The notes under the pieces are model-generated. The model was not told the origin of the DNA, did no database searches, and saw only the letters and a program-made list of their open reading frames with translations. A stretch of DNA of 32,000 bases from Massilicoli timonensis. Lineage in GTDB: Bacteria; Bacillota_I; Bacilli_A; Erysipelotrichales; Erysipelotrichaceae. Location of the stretch: positions 423,272-455,271 of the forward strand of contig NZ_LT963434.1 of NCBI RefSeq assembly GCF_900199515.1. Reading direction: 5' to 3'. The position numbers and the translations under genes were made by a program. This document shows, piece after piece, positions 25,721 to 32,000 of this stretch. The stretch's first letter is position 1. Each line of letters begins with the position of its first letter.

Positions 25721-27204
25721 GATTCAAAATACATAGCGGAGCGAATGGCTTTTTCCCAACCCGCTAAACTCTCCTTTCTTTCTTCCTCGCTCATTTGCGG
25801 TACATAAGAAGCGCCCACCTTAAAGTTGGCACGAATCGCTTTCTTGTCCTTCCAATAGCCAACTGCCAAGCCGGCTAGATAAGCAGCGCCAAGCGCCGTC
25901 GTTTCACTGATGAAGGAACGCTCGACGACACAGTTTAAGATATCGCTTTGAAACTGCATGAGAAAACGATTGCGGCTTGCCCCGCCATCCACCTGTAAAC
26001 GCTCAAGTGAAATACCGGAATCCCGCTGCATTGCCGCAACGACATCATAGGTCTGATAAGCCAGCGCTTCCAGCGTTGCCCGAATCAGATGTGCTTGCTT
26101 CGTGCCTCTGCTCATACCAAAGATCGCCCCCTTTACCTGTGGTTTCCAATAAGGAGCGCCTAAACCGCTGAACGCCGGCACGACATAGACACCTTCACTG
26201 CTTTTGATCGATGTCGCCTTGACTTCCGACTGTGCCGCATCGTCAATGATCTTTAAGCCATCACGCAGCCACTGCACCGCCGCACCTGCCACAAAGACAC
26301 TGCCTTCCAATACGTAATCGACTTCCTCTTTGATCTTCCAGCCGACGCTGCTGATCAAGCCGTTTTGTGAATGAATGATCTGTTCTTTCGTATTCATTAA
26401 CAGAAAACAGCCGGTTCCATACGTGTTTTTGATCATGCCTTTTTCAAAGCAGGTCTGCCCAAACAATGCGGCCTGCTGATCTCCTGCCACTGCGCCGATC
26501 GCAATCGGCTCACCGAATAAGGAAGGATCGCTGTATCCATAAACAGCAGAAGTATCGCAGATCTTCGGCAGCATCGCCCGAGGGATCTGCCAAAGTTTTA
26601 ACAGTTCATCATCATAATCCAGTGTTTCCAAATTCATAAGCATCGTGCGCGACGCATTTGATACATCGCTGATATGGCACTTCCCGCCGGTTAATTTCCA
26701 CACCAGAAAAGAATCGACCGTACCAAATAAGATCTTTCCTTCTTCCGCTTCCTTTTGCAAATGATGTTTATCCAATAGAAAGCGAATCTTGCTTGCGGAA
26801 AAGTAAGGGTCAAGGCGCAGACCGCTTTTTTTCTGGATCCATCCCTCCAGCCCCTGCTCTTTCAACTTTTGAACGTAATGATCGCTTTGTTTAGACTGCC
26901 AAACGATCGCATGATCGATCGGCAATCCACTTTGCTTTTCCCAAAGAATCGTCGTTTCACGCTGATTGGTAATACCGATTGCCGCAATATTGCCGGCTTT
27001 CAGATTCGCCTTGGCCAGCACCTCCGAAATCACACTGACCACGCTTGCCCACAGCTCATTGGCACTTTGCTCCACCCAGCCGGGATGAGGATAAAGCATC
27101 GTCAGTTCTTTCTGTGCAATGGCGATCAAATTGCTTTCCTGATCGAAGATGATCGCTCTGGTGCTGGTCGTTCCCTGATCGATTGCCAAAATGTATTTGT
27201 CCAT
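25714..27204 (-). CDS. glpK: Glycerol kinase
   Basis: It starts MDKYILAIDQGTTSTRAIIF, contains GITNQRETTILW and shows full-length FGGY kinase collinearity. Confidence 0.97.
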   Translation of the reverse strand: MDKYILAIDQGTTSTRAIIFDQESNLIAIAQKELTMLYPHPGWVEQSANELWASVVSVISEVLAKANLKAGNIAAIGITNQRETTILWEKQSGLPIDHAIVWQSKQSDHYVQKLKEQGLEGWIQKKSGLRLDPYFSASKIRFLLDKHHLQKEAEEGKILFGTVDSFLVWKLTGGKCHISDVSNASRTMLMNLETLDYDDELLKLWQIPRAMLPKICDTSAVYGYSDPSLFGEPIAIGAVAGDQQAALFGQTCFEKGMIKNTYGTGCFLLMNTKEQIIHSQNGLISSVGWKIKEEVDYVLEGSVFVAGAAVQWLRDGLKIIDDAAQSEVKATSIKSSEGVYVVPAFSGLGAPYWKPQVKGAIFGMSRGTKQAHLIRATLEALAYQTYDVVAAMQRDSGISLERLQVDGGASRNRFLMQFQSDILNCVVERSFISETTALGAAYLAGLAVGYWKDKKAIRANFKVGASYVPQMSEEERKESLAGWEKAIRSAMYFESC

Positions 27205-27215
27205 AAACGTCTCCT

Positions 27216-27800
27216 TTACTCTTCCCGAATCACACCGTAATACAAAACAGCGCTGATATTCTCCTCGTTTTTAGAATAAGTCGTAACCGGCTCACATGCA
27301 AATGTGATCGTTTCCTTAACCGCACCATAGCTTAATTCCAATGAGATCTCATTCATCGCTTCTTCCCATTGTGCCTGCTGCATTTCTAAAAAACCATGAC
27401 TGCCGAGCCGATACATAAATTCAATACAGTCATACTGATCCGCTGTTTTCTTGATCGGATAGTGCATCGTCTGAAACATGCGCTGGCTTTGATCGGCACT
27501 GTAATAACGTTCCTGCGCTTCATTTGGTTTTAGCTGCACCTGTAAGTCTTTGCCGTTCATCTCCATTAACGGCTTGATCAAGATCCGACATTCATAATAT
27601 AATTCATTGTCTTCATTGACATAGCGATCAAACAAGACCAGCTTCGCTTCAAAATTTTCTCCTTCATAAAGCGTCAAGGAGGCGCTTTCCTCATAACGTG
27701 CCAACGTTACCTCATCATACTGCTCGCTAGTTAGATGATCCCCTGCCATGCTGCACCCGCAAAGAAGCACCAGCATCATGATTCCTATCACTTTTTTCAT
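27216..27800 (-). CDS. Hypothetical lipoprotein (194 aa)
   Basis: I place the start at the internal ATG, which has a GGAGGTGG RBS. The signal peptide and lipobox read MKKVIGIMMLVLLCGC-S. I recognise no domain. It ends 11 nt before glpK. Confidence 0.6.
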   Translation of the reverse strand: MKKVIGIMMLVLLCGCSMAGDHLTSEQYDEVTLARYEESASLTLYEGENFEAKLVLFDRYVNEDNELYYECRILIKPLMEMNGKDLQVQLKPNEAQERYYSADQSQRMFQTMHYPIKKTADQYDCIEFMYRLGSHGFLEMQQAQWEEAMNEISLELSYGAVKETITFACEPVTTYSKNEENISAVLYYGVIREE

Positions 27801-27827
27801 GCGCCACCTCCGATTCTGTTTTTCTTT

Positions 27828-27836
27828 ATTATACCA
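27828..27836 (-). promoter_or_regulatory. Candidate extended -10 for the lipoprotein-glpK-nitroreductase unit
   Basis: The minus strand reads TGgTATAAT about 28 nt upstream of the lipoprotein ATG. Confidence 0.35.
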
Positions 27837-27958
27837 AACTTTCAAGCAGAACACACGCATAATTGTAAGCGCATACGCATCGCTTCATCCTATGACATCA
27901 CAAATGCCTCTCATTGAGAACATCCAGGAAGCAAAACCTTACTATCTTTTATAACACG

Positions 27959-27979
27959 AAAAAAAGACGATCACTCGTC
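27959..27979 (-). terminator. Short intrinsic terminator overlapping the methyltransferase stop codon
   Basis: The minus strand reads GACGA-gtga-TCGTC followed by T7. Confidence 0.45.
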
Positions 27980-29110
27980 CTTTAACAGTCGATACAATGT
28001 CGGAGACAGATGAAAACATTTCATCAGTGCTTCTGCCTCCTGCATCACTTTATCTCGATGCGTTTTGCTTAGATTGCTTTTTACCGCACGGATCAGTAAA
28101 TTTTTCGGCGTATGTGTCAGATCCACAAACTCCAATACCTGCGTCTTATAGCCGCATGCCTGAAGCAGATTCGCTCTGATCATATCTGTCATCAAGGCTG
28201 CGCTGCGCTCCCGGATAATGCCATAGCGCTGAAAGATCGCTAACTGCTCGCTTTGCAACTGCGCGTTTAATTCATGCTGACAGCACGGTACAGAAAGGAT
28301 TGCTTTGGCGTTCCAACAGATCGCATGATAAAGGGCATGATCGGTTGCCGTATCACACGCGTGTAAAGAAATGACCAGATCGATCGTGCCTTTGCGCTGA
28401 TATTTGGCAATATCTCCCACCTCAAAATGCAGATGATCATAGCCATAGCGTTTGGCGCTCTCATTGCATTTCTCAATGACATCCGCTTTCAGATCTAAAC
28501 CGACCATCTCCACCTTGCACTTTTTGACTTCAACCAGATAATAGTAAACCAAAAACGTCAGATAGGACTTTCCACAGCCAAAATCAATGATCTGATAGCT
28601 TGGCTGATCCAACTTGCGGATCACATCATCAATGATTTCGATGAATTTATTGATCTGACGAAATTTGTCATACATCGCATGGATCACTTTCCCCTCTGCA
28701 CTAAAGATCCCCATATCGACTAGCGCCGGCACGATGGTGCCTTCTTCGATCAAATAATGCTTTTTACGATTGTTTTTCGCAATAAGCGGCAACGGCTTAT
28801 CAAGATGGGCTTTCTTACGATAAAACACCTGCTTCTTTTTGCTGATCTTTAGCGCATGTTCACTGTTTGACGAAAATCCGTTCACCTGCCGAAACCCCAT
28901 GTCCAGATAAGTCATGCAGACAGAAAGCAGATCCTTGGCGGCGATCGTTTCATGAAACGCCTGCTTCTGCGTCAGTTTTTCCGCCTGATAAGCGTTTTAC
29001 CCCTGTGTGATGGTAATGCGGCGAAATCGTGTATCCGCATTCCCGTTTGAAAAAACGATCTTTTGACATTGGTCTAGGATCATGCTGTGCAAAGCTTCTT
29101 TTGCTTCCAT
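27971..29110 (-). pseudogene. Methyltransf_32-like SAM-dependent methyltransferase with an in-frame TAA at codon 38
   Basis: The ATG at 29110 has an AGGTGA RBS and opens MEAKEALHSMILDQCQKIVFSNGNADTRFRRITITQG-TAA-NAYQAEKLTQKQAFHETIAAKDLLSVC. This continues in the same frame into track ORF 27971-28915. The stop codon is at 28997-28999. The core motifs IIDFGCGKSYLT, SLHACDTATD and SVPCCQHE are intact. Confidence 0.7.
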
Positions 29111-29250
29111 TCTATCACCTGCTTTTATCGTCATTTTAGCGTAAATGTGTAAAAAAGAAAATACTTATGTGAAAAATGATCGCTGTTTCCTATAACGGCA
29201 CATCTCTCATCAAGTCTGTATTCGCCTGTTTTTTTCTTCTTGCCTGCCGT

Positions 29251-29282
29251 AAAATAAAATACCCGCTTCTATCAAACGGGTA
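29251..29282 (-). terminator. Intrinsic terminator downstream of pyrE
   Basis: The minus strand reads TACCCG-11 nt-CGGGTA followed by TTTTATTTT. Confidence 0.75.
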
Positions 29283-29299
29283 AAGAATAAGCAAACAGC

Positions 29300-29938
29300 C
29301 TATCGCTCGATCCAGCTTTCATCGTGCGGATCGCGTTTCCATGCCTTCAGTTTTTCCAGATCACTGTCCTTGATGTAATGGTGTTCCAAAGCGGCTTCCA
29401 CCAGTACATCATAGTTGGAAAGGGTACGACATTCACAGTGAATGCTTGAAAACAATTCCTCTGCCGCCGGCAATAAATAAGTAAAGATCGCCACGACCCC
29501 CAGCACTTCCACACCGGCATCCCGCAAGGCTTCCACAACGCCTTTGACGCTGCCGCCGGTTGAAATCAGATCTTCGATCACGACGACCTTCATTCCCTCA
29601 TGCACCTGTCCTTCGATCTTATTGCCTTTGCCATGATCTTTGTTGCTGGCACGTACATACCCCATCGGTTTATTCATGGCGGATGCTACCAGCGCTGCCC
29701 ATGGAATTCCCGCTGTCGCCGTCCCCATGATGCTTTCTGCCTGCGGATAGGCTTTTTCGATCAATGCCTTGAAGCCCGCTACCACGACATCGCGTTTCTG
29801 CGGAAAAGACAATACGAAACGATTATCACAATAAATCGGGCTCTTGATGCCGCTTGCCCATACATATGGTTCATTGGGGCGCAGGGATACTGCTTTGATC
29901 TCCAATAAATTCTCTGCTATTACTTTTTCAAAATCCAT
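29300..29938 (-). CDS. pyrE: Orotate phosphoribosyltransferase
   Basis: It has the PRPP-binding motif [14 protein letters not shown] place the start at the internal ATG ([12 protein letters not shown]), directly after the pyrF stop. The N-terminal extension in the track is spurious. Confidence 0.93.
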   Translation of the reverse strand: MDFEKVIAENLLEIKAVSLRPNEPYVWASGIKSPIYCDNRFVLSFPQKRDVVVAGFKALIEKAYPQAESIMGTATAGIPWAALVASAMNKPMGYVRASNKDHGKGNKIEGQVHEGMKVVVIEDLISTGGSVKGVVEALRDAGVEVLGVVAIFTYLLPAAEELFSSIHCECRTLSNYDVLVEAALEHHYIKDSDLEKLKAWKRDPHDESWIER

Positions 29939-29939
29939 C

Positions 29940-32000
<2,061 letters not shown>

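Noticed and set aside
27971-29110. Stop-codon reassignment or selenocysteine-type recoding as an explanation for the in-frame stop
   Set aside because: The codon is TAA, not TGA. TAA terminates many normal genes in this window, for example miaB, recA, gpsB and pyrF.

Overview
The window is mostly conserved housekeeping DNA from a spore-forming Bacillota genome, and I cannot place it more precisely. About 85% of the genes are on the minus strand, and gene order follows several Bacillus-like blocks. These are rnj / miaB / ferredoxin / ymdB-rny / recA-cinA-pgsA-rodZ, then rnpB-gpsB divergent from recU-ponA, then nth-dnaD-tseB-like. They continue with a tightly coupled yqeG-yqeH-yhbY-nadD::yqeK-rsfS-yqeM-mtnN operon, an intact sigK, purC, a lipoprotein-glpK-nitroreductase unit, and pyrK-pyrD-pyrF-pyrE. 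Two real genes are missing from the ORF track. One is a type B RNase P RNA (about 8480-8850, minus). The other is a 57-aa 2x[4Fe-4S] ferredoxin (2222-2395, minus). I found no CRISPR array, tRNA, rRNA, transposase, integrase or recognisable defence or toxin system, and no convincing novel multi-gene system. The most notable observations are three independently disrupted ORFs. An A9 tract splits a DUF2812-like membrane protein inside a small AT-rich islet. An in-frame TAA interrupts a roughly 379-codon SAM methyltransferase. A +1 frame break interrupts the yqeM-like methyltransferase. Other points are a nadD-yqeK gene fusion, an rnpB gene starting 2 nt after the gpsB stop codon, and an apparent roughly 3-fold excess of GATC by hand count. 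All coordinates of non-ORF features were derived by hand and may be off by a few nt.
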